Counted from the whole stretch's first letter, positions 13,180-25,252 are shown. The stretch is 63,775 nucleotides of DNA, filler included, from Octopus bimaculoides (GCF_001194135.2; 6 parts of 6 records of this genome joined end to end with filler, not necessarily neighbours in it); one strand, 5' to 3'. Numbers and translations are program-made. Notes: generated from the letters alone by a model not told the origin.

Positions 13180-13450
13180 ACACCAATAACAAAGATGGCG
13201 TCGATAAATGAGATGGCAGCGAATTTTCTCTTGTTTCGAAATATTAACTCATTATCACGATATTTTTCCCACACGGTAAAGATGGCGCCATCATTAAACA
13301 CACAGGAACCATCATGGTTTCACGAGAAATGACCAAAAATAACCAGAAGTAACCAGAAATAGCCGGAAGTAGAGACATATGAGAATATGGTTAGATATAT
13401 TGAACTAGATTGATTAAACTTTCGCTGTTGTAGTTTATTTGACACGTGAC
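13180..13450. promoter_or_regulatory. candidate housekeeping-type promoter
   Basis: YY1-type AAGATGGCG at 13192-13200 and 13279-13287, ETS CCGGAAGT at 13363-13370, E-box CACGTG at 13443-13448, CCAAT at about 13183; locally CpG-rich and repeat-free. Confidence 0.5.
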
Positions 13451-13582
13451 TTTATCTGTGATTAAGTGTGGAAACTAAGAGAGCAGCGACATTGCAGAAT
13501 CATATTAACCAATTAAAACTTATAGAGCGTTGCGTGGATAAGCTGCTCCATTATATTCCCGCTCTAGAAGCACGCACACAAG

Positions 13583-13630
<48 letters not shown>

Positions 13631-13699
13631 TTATACTATAATATATAATATACATATACATATTTCTGTATGTATACGTATGTAATGTATGTATATGCA

Positions 13700-13771
<72 letters not shown>

Positions 13772-15238
13772 CATCTCTGCCTGTCTAACTATCAGTATAT
13801 ATATATATANNNNNNNNNNNNNNNNNNNNNNNNNNNNNNNNNNNNNNNNNNNNNNNNNATGCCCTAACTCTTCGAAACGCTTAGTTTTAGAATGGTGGCA
13901 GCTGATGAAAGAAATGTTCTCTATGTGGCCTGTATGTTTTCTGTACTCTGTTTATCATTTTGTCCACGCTTTTTTGCAACGTCCTGTACCCAGATATGCA
14001 TCTATATATACATGTAGATATATATATACATACATGTACGTATATATGCATATACTCATATTATTTGTATTATATATATATATATACATACATACATACA
14101 TACATACATACAGGGGTTAGACAAAATAATGGAAACACCTAGCATCATAGCATCATAATTTTGAAATATCTATAAAACCGTCAAAAGCTTGTTTATTTTT
14201 GTTTTTTGATTTATTATTAGTGTTACTTAACATGTTTTGCTAAAATTCCTGTTTCTTTTCAGATATCATAAAAAGGGTAATTAAAATTCATTAAAAGAAC
14301 AAATCTATCCCTCTACCAAATCCACTCACAGGCTAAAATAGGAGAGACTTGCTCAAGGTGCCACGCAATGGGATTGAACATGGAAGTATGCGACTGGAAA
14401 GCAAGCTCCTTACCACAGAGTCACATCATAGAAGGTGAAGGTGAAACGGAATGATAAAATGTTAGAAAAGCAGACATCCAGACTGATGGTTAGTTGCATG
14501 CATATACTCACGTATTGTTTACACTTTGCTATAGAAATCCATTTTGTATATATATTGCCTCATTCATTTTACATCTACCTTGTTATTTTCGTTTGCATCA
14601 TAACGTCTGTAAGTCTGAAAGTGTTGTAATGTCTGTTAACCTTGTTCCCACTTAGATGTCGTTACTAGCGTCGTCGTCGTCATCATTCTCATCATCATCA
14701 TGGCTACTACTACTACTACTACTACTAATAATAATAATAATAATAATAATGACTGTTGTTGTTGTGGCTGTTATTATAGTTGTTGTTATTGTCGTTGTTG
14801 TATTTGAAATCCGTCGTCACCAAGTCTGTTTAAACTGTCGCAGACTTCATTTGTAGAATAAAAGAGGACAGTTAAAAAACATTTTTTTTTCCCTCTTTTT
14901 ATTATTCTGTACACGAAACAATTGTCATCATAATTCCAGTCTGTAAAGATCTGGAACAGCTGCTTCGGTATTCTTCCATACATTGCAACGTTTTGGTGTT
15001 GTTTTACACAGACATTATACATTTCTCATATACGTTAAGGCTATATTAGGCATGTAAGTACTACAATGCTTAAACCTATTTTATGCTTGTTACCGTGTGA
15101 AGGTGTACAATATTCAGTTAGGTGTAGGCATACCGATGTGCTAAAGGAAACAAGTTATGGCCCAGGTAATCTGCGTGATTTAAACAAAATTGAGAAATCA
15201 AAAATTTTGTTGTATGATACATGATATACTGGAATTTG

Positions 15239-15405
15239 TAGGCGTGGCTGTGTGGTAAGAAACTTGCTTCCCAACCACATGGTTCCGGATTCAGTCCCAC
15301 TGCGCGGCAGCTTGGGCAAGTGTCGTATGTGTGTGTCTTTATGTCTGAGTTTGGTCCCTCCCATCACCGCTTAACTACTGGTGCTGGTGTGTTTATGTAT
15401 TCGTA
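15239..15405 (+). mobile_element. tRNA-headed SINE family A, partial (other partial copies: 14325-14420 -, 20980-21060 +, 21215-21400 -, 44727-44900 -, 45087-45242 +, 50709-50870 +, 53170-53300 -, 54597-54745 -, 57808-57965 -, 58962-59095 -)
   Basis: Head GGCGTGGCTGTGTGGTAAGAAACTTGCTTCCCAACCACATGGTTCCGGATTCAGTCCCACTG (A/B-box-like) matches the full copies at 41105-41497 and 57368-57786. Confidence 0.85.
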
Positions 15406-15938
15406 AGGTATCGTCATAACAATTGGCGATACAAGTTCACAGATAAGATCCAGAGATTCTCCGTTTGAAAGACACTTAGTAGTGCTCAAAAGCTTCAAAC
15501 ACTTAGACTCCGATGTCTCTACAGGCCATCATTCCACATGGTAAAGAAAGGTTATAAGGTGTGTGTGTGGGGGGGGGGCAAGCTGATAAGTATATACATT
15601 GCTAACCACTTTAACCCGCCGCAAAAATTTCCAAATTTTAGTTAATTTGCTTTGCGGGAAGGACTGTTTTAACGAAGTTGCGTCTTGTCTCTACCTTCGA
15701 AACGCACAGTAGGTAAAACAGGGGACAACTGATGAAGGGAATGTTCTTTATGCTGCCTGTCTCGTTTCTCTATTTGTTTCTTTCGTTGTTCGAAAAAAAG
15801 TTCGTTTTCTTTGTTTTTTGTTACTCATTTTGTAAACGTTTTTTTGATGTTCTGTACCCATATATGCATGATTATATACATATATATGTAGGTAATGTAC
15901 ATACATGTTTGTATATATGCATAAATTTATATATTATT

Positions 15939-15987
<49 letters not shown>

Positions 15988-16484
15988 ACACAGACATACA
16001 CTCACACACATATATAGACACACACACACACACACACACAAACATTCCATGTCCATAATCGATATCAAGAGAGTAAAAAATCCAATATAGTAAGTTGTTT
16101 TAAACAAATACAAAACAATTTAATTGAATGAAACCACCAAAGTTTGTTATATCTAAAAAAAAAATTTTAATGTTACCGTTCTAGTGCCAATATTTGAGAT
16201 ACCGAATGACAACTATGATAACGAATTCATCAATAATTCTTGAATATTGCTAAAATTTCATTGGTACACTTTATTAAGGAGATATTGCACGAGTAGCTAA
16301 GTCAAGATATTCTACAAGAATTTCTTCCTATTATATCCAGAGGTTATTTAAATGCTTGTTTAAATAAACTCTTGAGATATCAAGTCAAGTCAGTCCCATC
16401 TTGCTAAAGGTACGTGAATAGTAATATAAGAAGAATAAGCTAACCGTTATGTATATTGTCATATGGGGACAAGGATCAGGATGG

Positions 16485-16871
16485 CGGTTGTTGGCACTCT
16501 GTCGCTTACGACGTCGAGGGTTCCAGTTGATCCGATCAACGGAACAGCCTGCTTGTGAAATTAACGTGCAAGTGGCTGAGCACTTCACAGACACGTGTAC
16601 TCTTAACATAGTTCTCGGGGATATTCAGCGTGACACAATGTGACAAGGCTGACCCTTTGAATTACAGGCACAACAGAAACAGGAAGATAGAGTGAGAGAA
16701 AGTTGTGGTGAAAGAGTACAGCAGGGTTCGCCATCATCCCTTGCCGGAGCCTCGTGGAGCTTTTAGGTGTTTTCGCTCAATAAACACTCACAACGCCCGG
16801 TCTGAGAATCGAAACCGCGATGCTATGACCGCGAGTCCGCTACCCTAACCACTGGGCCACTGCGCCTCCAC
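16485..16871 (-). mobile_element. tRNA-headed SINE family B, full length with TSD
   Basis: Minus head GTGGAGGCGCAGTGGCCCAGTGGTTAGGGTAGCGGACTCGCGG...GGTTTCGATTC; tail ...CGACAGAGTGCCAACAA; perfect 11-bp TSD GATCAGGATGG at 16474-16484 and 16872-16882. Confidence 0.92.
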
Positions 16872-17319
16872 GATCAGGATGGTATATCCTGATTAAATAT
16901 AGAAAGGCTCAATTACATGAGAACTGTAAATTGAGGCCTAAACATAATCAAGATCTAGATGTATATTTGATTTAGTTTCATTACTGTTATCTGCAGTATC
17001 ATGCATACGATTGTGTCGGCTGATGACTCCATTCACGTGAAATGTTGCCTTATCTGACCGATTTCTGCGACGAACAATAATTACTATGGATGATCACCGA
17101 TTTTGCCTTATTAGATTCAACCTGACCAAATTCAACAATGAGTAAGGCGAGAATTGTTACGTAAGATCATCAATATTTTCTCATTGAATTCAAATTCTAT
17201 AATCCTATAATGAATAAGGCGAGAAGAGATACATAACATCGTGCGATGTTCCCTCAGACAAAATTCAATGACAAATAAGGCAAGTACTGTTACCTAAGAG
17301 GGGCAATAGTTTCCTATCA

Positions 17320-17660
17320 AAATCGCCTCAGTTCAGGCTTTGTAACGTTTAAAGATAAAATACGCAAATTTTAATTCCTTCAGAATTTATCGCAATGATG
17401 TTTCACTGATATTCAACTGATACGAACAAATATAAGAGATGCCAAATAATATTGTTCATATTGTTAGAAGATTAACTAAACATTCTCTTCTGTCCAGACT
17501 GACACAGGGCAACCAGAACGAGGCTCATCTTTTATTGTGCCTCTACTAAACCAAGAAATATCAATCATTCTGTAGATCGAACTAGCAGTCCTTCTCCTGG
17601 AGTCATTCAATTGAAATTGGATTTTAAGAAAACATTCTTCTGAACGAAGCCCCATCTAGT
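17320..17660 (-). mobile_element. Tc1/mariner transposase relic (N-terminal HTH region)
   Basis: Minus strand reads FSRGTIKDEPRSGCPVSVWTEENV*, matching the GxVxDxPRSGRPxSxxTEEN motif, then LNISETSLR*ILKEL; multiple stops. Confidence 0.7.
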
Positions 17661-17857
17661 CTTCTGTGCTGCCACATAAGTGACTCATAGTTCCGAAATG
17701 GAAATGTGTGAAGATAAACTTCGTTTATTTGGCGTGTTTATTTTAAAGCAGATTTGATTACCTATTTCAATTCAACTCCATAATTATTTGGCAATGTTGC
17801 CGTATAACGACTTATAGCAGAAACCTGTTAATGTATGTGCCTGTGTATGTATGTATG

Positions 17858-17898
<41 letters not shown>

Positions 17899-17980
17899 CT
17901 CTGCCAAATATATATATGTATTTTTATGTGCACATACGATCTTCTCCAATATTACCATAGCAAACTCTCTCTCTCTCTTC

Positions 17981-18043
<63 letters not shown>

Positions 18044-19029
18044 TTACAGCCATTTTATGATGCTAAAATATCCATTATATCTTTTTACTTCAATATTATA
18101 GCATGGAAAGTAAAAAAAAAAGGAAGCCTAAAAAAAAGAATTCTAACGGCAGATTGGGTGCGTTGCTGTTTACAAGTTGCATTACTACAAAACCATAGCA
18201 GTAAAAGACTGAATTGATTTTGCAGACAAAGCATACACGCAGCGTTCTCTGCAATGTTAATTCTCAACAGTGGAATTAATCATAAAAACAGCAAACTGAC
18301 TTCTCATGCCAACCAACAAGAGTATTAGTTTGTCAACAAACTTGTTAGCTTAGTTATTTGTTGGTAAAATGTGCAGTTGTAATTAAAGTGGAGTAACGAG
18401 TTAAAATTCAATGCAGGGGCTGGACGGACAGCGATACCAAATTAAATAACAAAAAATGGCGTACATGACGATAACACAATTTTGAATGAATAAATAAACG
18501 AATGAATGAGACTTTGGTAGAATTTGGCGTTGGAAATAGTGCAAAGTGTTTGCATGTGTGTCTGTGTGGAGGGAAAACTGGGGGGAATGAAATAATTGTG
18601 TTTATGGAGATATATTTCGTATTGAAGGAATATATAGGCTGTTAATTCAATATAACAATGTATTTCTTGCTTTGCTAAAATATATTCCGTTCCCATATTA
18701 CACGAAAACAAAATGGCACGTCACGCTTTGATGGATAATCTGGATCACAAAAGATCAAGCGATTCCCTTTATTGCAACAGTGAGTTGAATAAGTAAATAT
18801 TTAACAAAGAAACTGTAATATGAGGAAGCTGGAAATGGTCCATCCGCTCCACCGCCCCACAAAAATACTTTATGAAATTCTTACAGTGTGAAGTAAGTTC
18901 TAGAAAGAAACTGTGAAATTAGGATTATTTTAATAATAAAAAAATTTAAATAACAGCACGGCATTTACCAGTAGAGATACTTGATGCTCAAGTTAAGGCA
19001 AACATAAAATTCATTTTCACTGATACTTC

Positions 19030-19082
19030 AAGTTTCTCCTGATGGCTAATTCACTGACGAAGTAAGCCGTCAGACGAAACTT
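19030..19082 (+). ncRNA. pre-miRNA-like hairpin (candidate)
   Basis: AAGTTTCTCCTGATGGCTAATTC - loop ACTGAC - GAAGTAAGCCGTCAGACGAAACTT; about 20 paired positions with 3 mismatches, a G:U pair and a 1-nt bulge. Confidence 0.3.
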
Positions 19083-19271
19083 ACGGTCCCAGAATTTCAT
19101 AATAAATTTTGATTTGTTCTTCCTTCAATGAACGGTTCAGTACCAAACGATCAAATTCCCGCAGCGCAACGACTTATCGTATTTGACCAATTTCCTTAAA
19201 TATTTATTTCAGTACATTTAGGTAGCAGTAATATACTGGTGTACACGTTATCTTTTAATCACATTTCTTAC

Positions 19272-19448
19272 GAAACTGGGAGCCTCTGCGTGCTGGAAAT
19301 AACAGGCAAAATCTCATTTAAATCAAACCACGCAGTCTTGAAAGAATTAGAATTTTCTAGATAATATAGTTTACAGTTCCATGCACATGGGAAAAATACT
19401 AGATGGTCATGACTGAAATAGGAATGCTGGGACAGAGCTGAACTAGAG
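19272..19448 (-). CDS. candidate internal coding exon (phase 2->2), product unknown
   Basis: Acceptor TTGTTTTTGTTGTCGTTTAG, donor GTAAGA; 177 nt fully open: SSSALSQHSYFSHDHLVFFPCAWNCKLYYLENSNSFKTAWFDLNEILPVISSTQRLPV. Confidence 0.4.
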
Positions 19449-21161
19449 CTAAACGACAACAAAAACAACTGGTTAAAAAAATATTTACTTATAAAAAGAA
19501 AAGAATCACATATAAGAAAATAAAGAATTAAGTATTTCATATTTTGAAAATGTCACAAGATTACAATGTGTTTTAGTCCAGAAGTTCTGATTATATTTCC
19601 TAACATTTGAATTGTGGCACACAATGGTCTATTTCTTGCGGTGACATGGAAGTTATTTTTTGTGATATACTACCATTTACTACTCTGCCAAGCAAACAAC
19701 CTTTAGAAATTACATTCTTTTATTTATACTGTATTTTATTTTGCAAAGATTTAAGAATAAACCTATTTACTAAAATACTGGAGAAGGATATACATAGAAA
19801 ACATAAAAGGATAAAAAGAGAGACAGGCAGATGGATGAATGAATGGATGGATGGATGGATTGAATGATCGATGACTAGATAGTTAGACAGAAAGTAGATA
19901 AAAAGATAGATTATATACAAAGACAGGTGGTGGTTAGCTAGTTAGCTAGATAGATCATAGATAAGATATATAGATGGATAAACAGGTAGATAGATAGATA
20001 GATAGTTAGATAGATAGATAATACATACATGCATATATAAGTAGATGACAAAGCAGATAGGTATGTACAAGGATAGATAGGCGGTAGATAGGCAGAGCAT
20101 TAGATAGAAAAATATATAGACAGATATAGAATGAAAGAAAGAAATAAGTGAGAGAGATGGAGATAAACAGATGAAAAGATAGATAGATAGATAGATAGAT
20201 AGAAAGAGTGAGAGAGAGAGATTGATATGGACCGATAGATTAAAGAGACAATTAAAGAAATAAAGAAAGAGTGTGGAGCACACTCCTCTAGTTTCATATA
20301 ACGAAGGACAAACCTTTTCAAAATTACATTTGACAAGCAGTTTGAATAGACAGTTTCTACAGCTTTAATGTCAATTCGCCTGTTGCAACCTCAGCAGTTG
20401 TTTAGGAAGATTTTTCATGTCACTTCACACATCTATCTAATTACTTAGCCAACCGTAATAATATATGCACTATGTTTTCCCATTGAATAATACACACATT
20501 CGCAGAAATGCATTGTTTGCAATAAGAACAAAACAAACAGAAAAAGGAAGACAACATAAAATAAAACAAGACAAATTTAGTTAATTTCCCTCTGGGATTT
20601 TAGAAAATGTAGTGCGTCTTTCTACAGTTAGATTTTGTTACAACAAAGAGGCGAATTAATACACATGTAAAGATATAGGCGCACAATCGCAAAAGTATGC
20701 GCACTTATACAAATGTATACACACATACAAATATACATAAAGATATATGTATATGTATATGCATCTATGTATTTATGTATTTGTCTATTTCTATCAATAA
20801 TGCATATAAAGCGGGAGAAGATACATGTGTATGTATACACATAAACATACTTAATTTCTTTCTCTCTTTCTCTTTCTCTCTCTGTATATACACACACACG
20901 CGCACACATATATGAATGTATGTATATGCGTGTGTGCGGATAGATTGATACAAATATGCATTTATAAAAGTATATATGTATGGCTGTGTGGTAAAGAGCT
21001 TGCTTCCCAACCACATGGTTCCGGGTTCAGACCCACTGACTGAAACAAGTAAAAGAGTAAATGAGTATACATACACACAAAGAAGACATGTAACATAAAG
21101 AACGACCCTTTATTGGCTGTCGGCTGTTTATCTACTCCACATTTCGAGCAATATATACATG

Positions 21162-21199
<38 letters not shown>

Positions 21200-21953
21200 A
21201 TATATATATATATCATTTACTTTTTTCAGTAATTAGCCTGTGGCCATTCTGGGGCACCACTTTAAAGAATTTTTAGTTAAATGAGTCGACGCCAGCAGGT
21301 TTTTCATAAAGCTTGGTACTTACTCTACTGGGCATGTTTGTCGAACCGCTAGGTTACGGAGACATAAACACACCAACACCCGTTGTCATCAGCGACAAGG
21401 TACAATGACAGACGCTAAGACATACTCACACGGACACACACATACNNNNNNNNNNNNNNNNNNNNNNNNNNNNNNNNNNNNNNNNNNNNNNNNNNNNNNN
21501 NNNNNNNNNNNNNNNNNNNNNNNNNNNNNNNNNNNNNNNNNNNNNNNNNNNNNNNNNNNNNNNNNNNNNNNNNNNNNNNNNNNNNNNNNNNNNNNNNNNN
21601 NNNNNNNNNNNNNNNNNNNNNNNNNNNNNNNNNNNNNNNNNNNNNNNNNNNNNNNNNNNNNNNNNNNNNNNNNNNNNNNNNNNNNNNNNNNNNNNNNNNN
21701 NNNNNNNNNNNNNNNNNNNNNNNNNNNNNNNNNNNNNNNNNNNNNNNNNNNNNNNNNNNNNNNNNNNNNNNNNNNNNNNNNNNNNNNNNNNNNNNNNNNN
21801 NNNNNNNNNNNNNNNNNNNNNNNNNNNNNNGCCATATGCGTGATTAAGAGATTGAAGTGCGACTGTTTCGGACTTAATGTTCAATATTCAAATGAACTTT
21901 CATTGAACGAGTCTCGGATGTCTGAGTGTGCGTCAGAAGCACAGTTCCATATT

Positions 21954-22007
<54 letters not shown>

Positions 22008-22771
22008 GGTGTATGTGTGTACGTGTGTATGTGTATTTACGTGTGTGAATGTGATTTTTATTTTAAATCCACAGCCGTCCTTTCTAGGACTTCTAGGACA
22101 AAACCCCTTTGTTTTACAAACTGTCGGAAAGAAAATCGTTAAATACTCCACACACACACACACACACACAAACACGCATACACAGGCACGTATTTATGCA
22201 GCGTGGGCAATTTTCTCATCGGCCATCTATTCCAACAATAACCCATAAAATGTCTTCTCATTCTTCAGTGTGACAAAGATAGGTTAGTTTCAAACAGTTG
22301 ACGTTTCTCACACGCTGAGACACCTCTAAACGTGCTGACAGAGAATGAAAGACTTTTGATTTTAATTCTTCGAAGATTAATTTCAGTAAAAGGAAGATTA
22401 TCTCATGCTATTTACAGAAATGTAGCGCTACATTCCACAAAGCTGTAAATGTTAGCAACAAGTAATATAATATTAATAATAAAGTTCACATAGATAAAAT
22501 TAGACGTACATATATATCGTTGCTATTATGCTAAACTGTCGTATGTCTAAATGCGTATTTTTTCGATATTTATTTTTGCTTGCAGTTGCCGGTTCTCTTG
22601 GTCAACCTGTCGTATCTCCAGCTGCTTCAGATGCCACGATATCAAAAATTGTCAAAATGTGGTACAACGGTTTTGTTATGGAATGATGAAATTATTTTTC
22701 GTCTTGTGAAAAAGCAATGTTTTGGACTTACGACATTTTTGCATAATAGCAACGATATGTACTTCTATATA

Positions 22772-23064
22772 CATATGCATATATGTAGGCGCGTGGCCTA
22801 ATGGTTAGGGCGTTGTACTCACAGTAGCAAGATCGTGGGTTCGATTCTCGAACCGGACAGTGCATTGTGCTCTTGAGCAAAACTTTTCATTTCATGTTGG
22901 TACGAAGATTTAGATTTCTTTATTATATCTCTGTTTATTTTATCGTGTTCCTTTCTGCTGAAGAGCGTGGGCTCGAAACGTAAAACACTTTCTCACCTTT
23001 CCGAGCGTTAAACTAAGACACCTGATTGTTGTTTACACACCTCTCTTCGTCTTTTGTTTATTCA

Positions 23065-23138
<74 letters not shown>

Positions 23139-23410
23139 TTGTGAGTTCGATGTTCGATTTCCGGATCGGGCTGTGTGCTGTGTTCTTGAGCAAGACATTT
23201 AGTTCACTTTGCTCCACTTCACTCAGCAGTAGAAATGAGGTGCGATGTCACTTTGCCTTGGATAACATCGGTGGCATGGAGAAGGAAGACTGGTATGCAT
23301 GGGCGAATGCTCGTCTTCTATAAAACAACTTTGCACGGACTTGTGTCCGGAAGGGGAACTGTCTAGTTGCAATCCTATGGGCACTCATCATCGAAGGGGG
23401 TGTCTTTACT
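22772..23410 (+). mobile_element. tRNA-headed SINE family C segments (22772-22890, 23140-23410) interrupted by a Penelope-like repeat (22893-23055) and (TA)n
   Basis: Head GGCGTGGCCTAATGGTTAGGGCGTTG...GGGTTCGATTCTCGAACCGG; body TTCTTGAGCAAGACA...CACTCAGC.GTAGAAA is shared with 29541-29845 and 61207-61340. Confidence 0.75.
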
Positions 23411-23460
23411 CTTACCTTTTTAAATAAACTTACACAGATACGCTCGCGCGCACACACACG

Positions 23461-23509
<49 letters not shown>

Positions 23510-23530
23510 CTACACACATATATATATACA

Positions 23531-23564
<34 letters not shown>

Positions 23565-23965
23565 NNNNNNNNNNNNNNNNNNNNNNNNNNNNNNNNNNNN
23601 NNNNNNNNNNNNNNNNNNNNNNNNNNNNNNNNNNNNNNNNNNNNNNNNNNNNNNNNNNNNNNNNNNNNNNNNNNNNNNNNNNNNNNNNNNNNNNNNNNNN
23701 NNNNNNNNNNNNNNNNNNNNNNNNNNNNNNNNNNNNNNNNNNNNNNNNNNNNNNNNNNNNNNNNNNNNNNNNNNNNNNNNNNNNNNNNNNNNNNNNNNNN
23801 NNNNNNNNNNNNNNNNNNNNNNNNNNNNNNNNNNNNNNNNNNNNNNNNNNNNNNNNNNNNNNNNNNNNNNNNNNNNNNNNNNNNNNNNNNGTTGAAATTA
23901 AATACTGCAAGACACCTCCTGCGGTGTTCTATTAATTCTGGTAGCCTAACTGCCTGATTTATATT

Positions 23966-24024
23966 AGTGATTGTAGTGATCGCGAAGTTTCGGCCTTTTT
24001 GCCTTCGTCAGACTCTTATCTACT
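23966..24024 (-). ncRNA. type-I short-stem-III hammerhead-ribozyme-like motif (probably degenerate)
   Basis: Minus strand: AGTAGATAAGAGT-CUGACGA-A-GGC(AAAAAG)GCC-GAAA-CT-TCGCGA-TC^-ACTACAATCACT. Core boxes and a 3-bp stem II are present; stem I pairs AGT/ACT and GAT/ATC around a 3x3 internal loop; stem III region carries the palindrome TCGCGA. Confidence 0.45.
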
Positions 24025-24161
24025 GAAAGTATTCAGTAATCCTTCATATCAATGTTAAAATGTAAACTTTTTCTATATATAACTTGACACAAAAAGAAAC
24101 ACACGCACACACATATTTATATTAATATAAATATCTATATATGTATTTGTGTACGTGTGTG

Positions 24162-24205
<44 letters not shown>

Positions 24206-24740
24206 TACATGCCGATACAAATATGTATATATATGCGCATGTGTATATGTATATATGTGTGTATGTATGCATAGACGTAGATATGCAGAATCGAATATGA
24301 ATTATAAACAAGCAATTCCTTCCTTTTGAAAAGAAGAATTGTGAAAAGAAAGAAAAGAAAGGAAGTGAAAGTACGAGAGGAAGATGGAGCGAGATAGGGG
24401 GACATCGAAGGAGTAAGAGTGTAAAACAGAAAAAAGATAGCAGGGTAAAGAGGGAATGAGAGATACTGAGATAGAGAGGAGTGAAAATGTAAGAAATTGA
24501 AAGAAGGGGGGGATGTTGATTGAACAAACAAGGATATTATTGTCCAACCATTTCTCACAGTATTTATCCAATTGATGTTTCATCGATCTTTTTTTCGGTT
24601 TTGTTCAAGTCTTAAGGTTTTTTTTTCAATTTTCCTATGAAATCCAAATGCGACCACGTTTACAGCGGTGCTTAAATTGCGTCGTAGCTGTTGTCGTGTA
24701 TCTTCTGGCTGTTGTTATAGTATTAAGACATTCGCTTGTG

Positions 24741-24776
<36 letters not shown>

Positions 24777-24829
24777 AGAGAGGTAAACACACACATACAT
24801 GTATACTTACACATATATAGGTACGCATA

Positions 24830-24870
<41 letters not shown>

Positions 24871-24954
24871 AAAAGATCACAGATGTCGGATTTAACGATT
24901 TTTCTCACTCCGATATAAAGGTATGTATTGTGTGTATGTGTGTATGTGTACGTG

Positions 24955-24988
<34 letters not shown>

Positions 24989-25211
24989 ATTATGTATCTA
25001 GTTATGTATGTATGTATGTATGTATGTATGTATATATGTATGTATACAAATAACTTGACAGTACACAGGATAAGTTCAACCAACCACTGCCACCTCTAAA
25101 GACCCATACTTCACAGCCTCGACATCACCAGCTATGCCAACACGCTACCGTATATTGACCCAATCTGTCACATAAGCGGCATTATAGTTGTATGTACATA
25201 TGTTTATATGC

Positions 25212-25252
<41 letters not shown>

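Noticed and set aside
13860-13915. GAAAC...CTGATGA in this repeat family as a type-II hammerhead
   Set aside because: No NUH triplet with a pairable stem III, and GAAG/CTTC pairing would sequester the core.
16800-16871. tRNA genes (also 22772-22850, 29541-29610, 33270-33342)
   Set aside because: They have A/B-box-like heads but no complete cloverleaf, and each continues into a SINE body; two have TSDs.
25090-25190. ILHSLDITSY as a Penelope RT motif
   Set aside because: The similarity to SLDxTSLYTNI is too short and has no flanking support.
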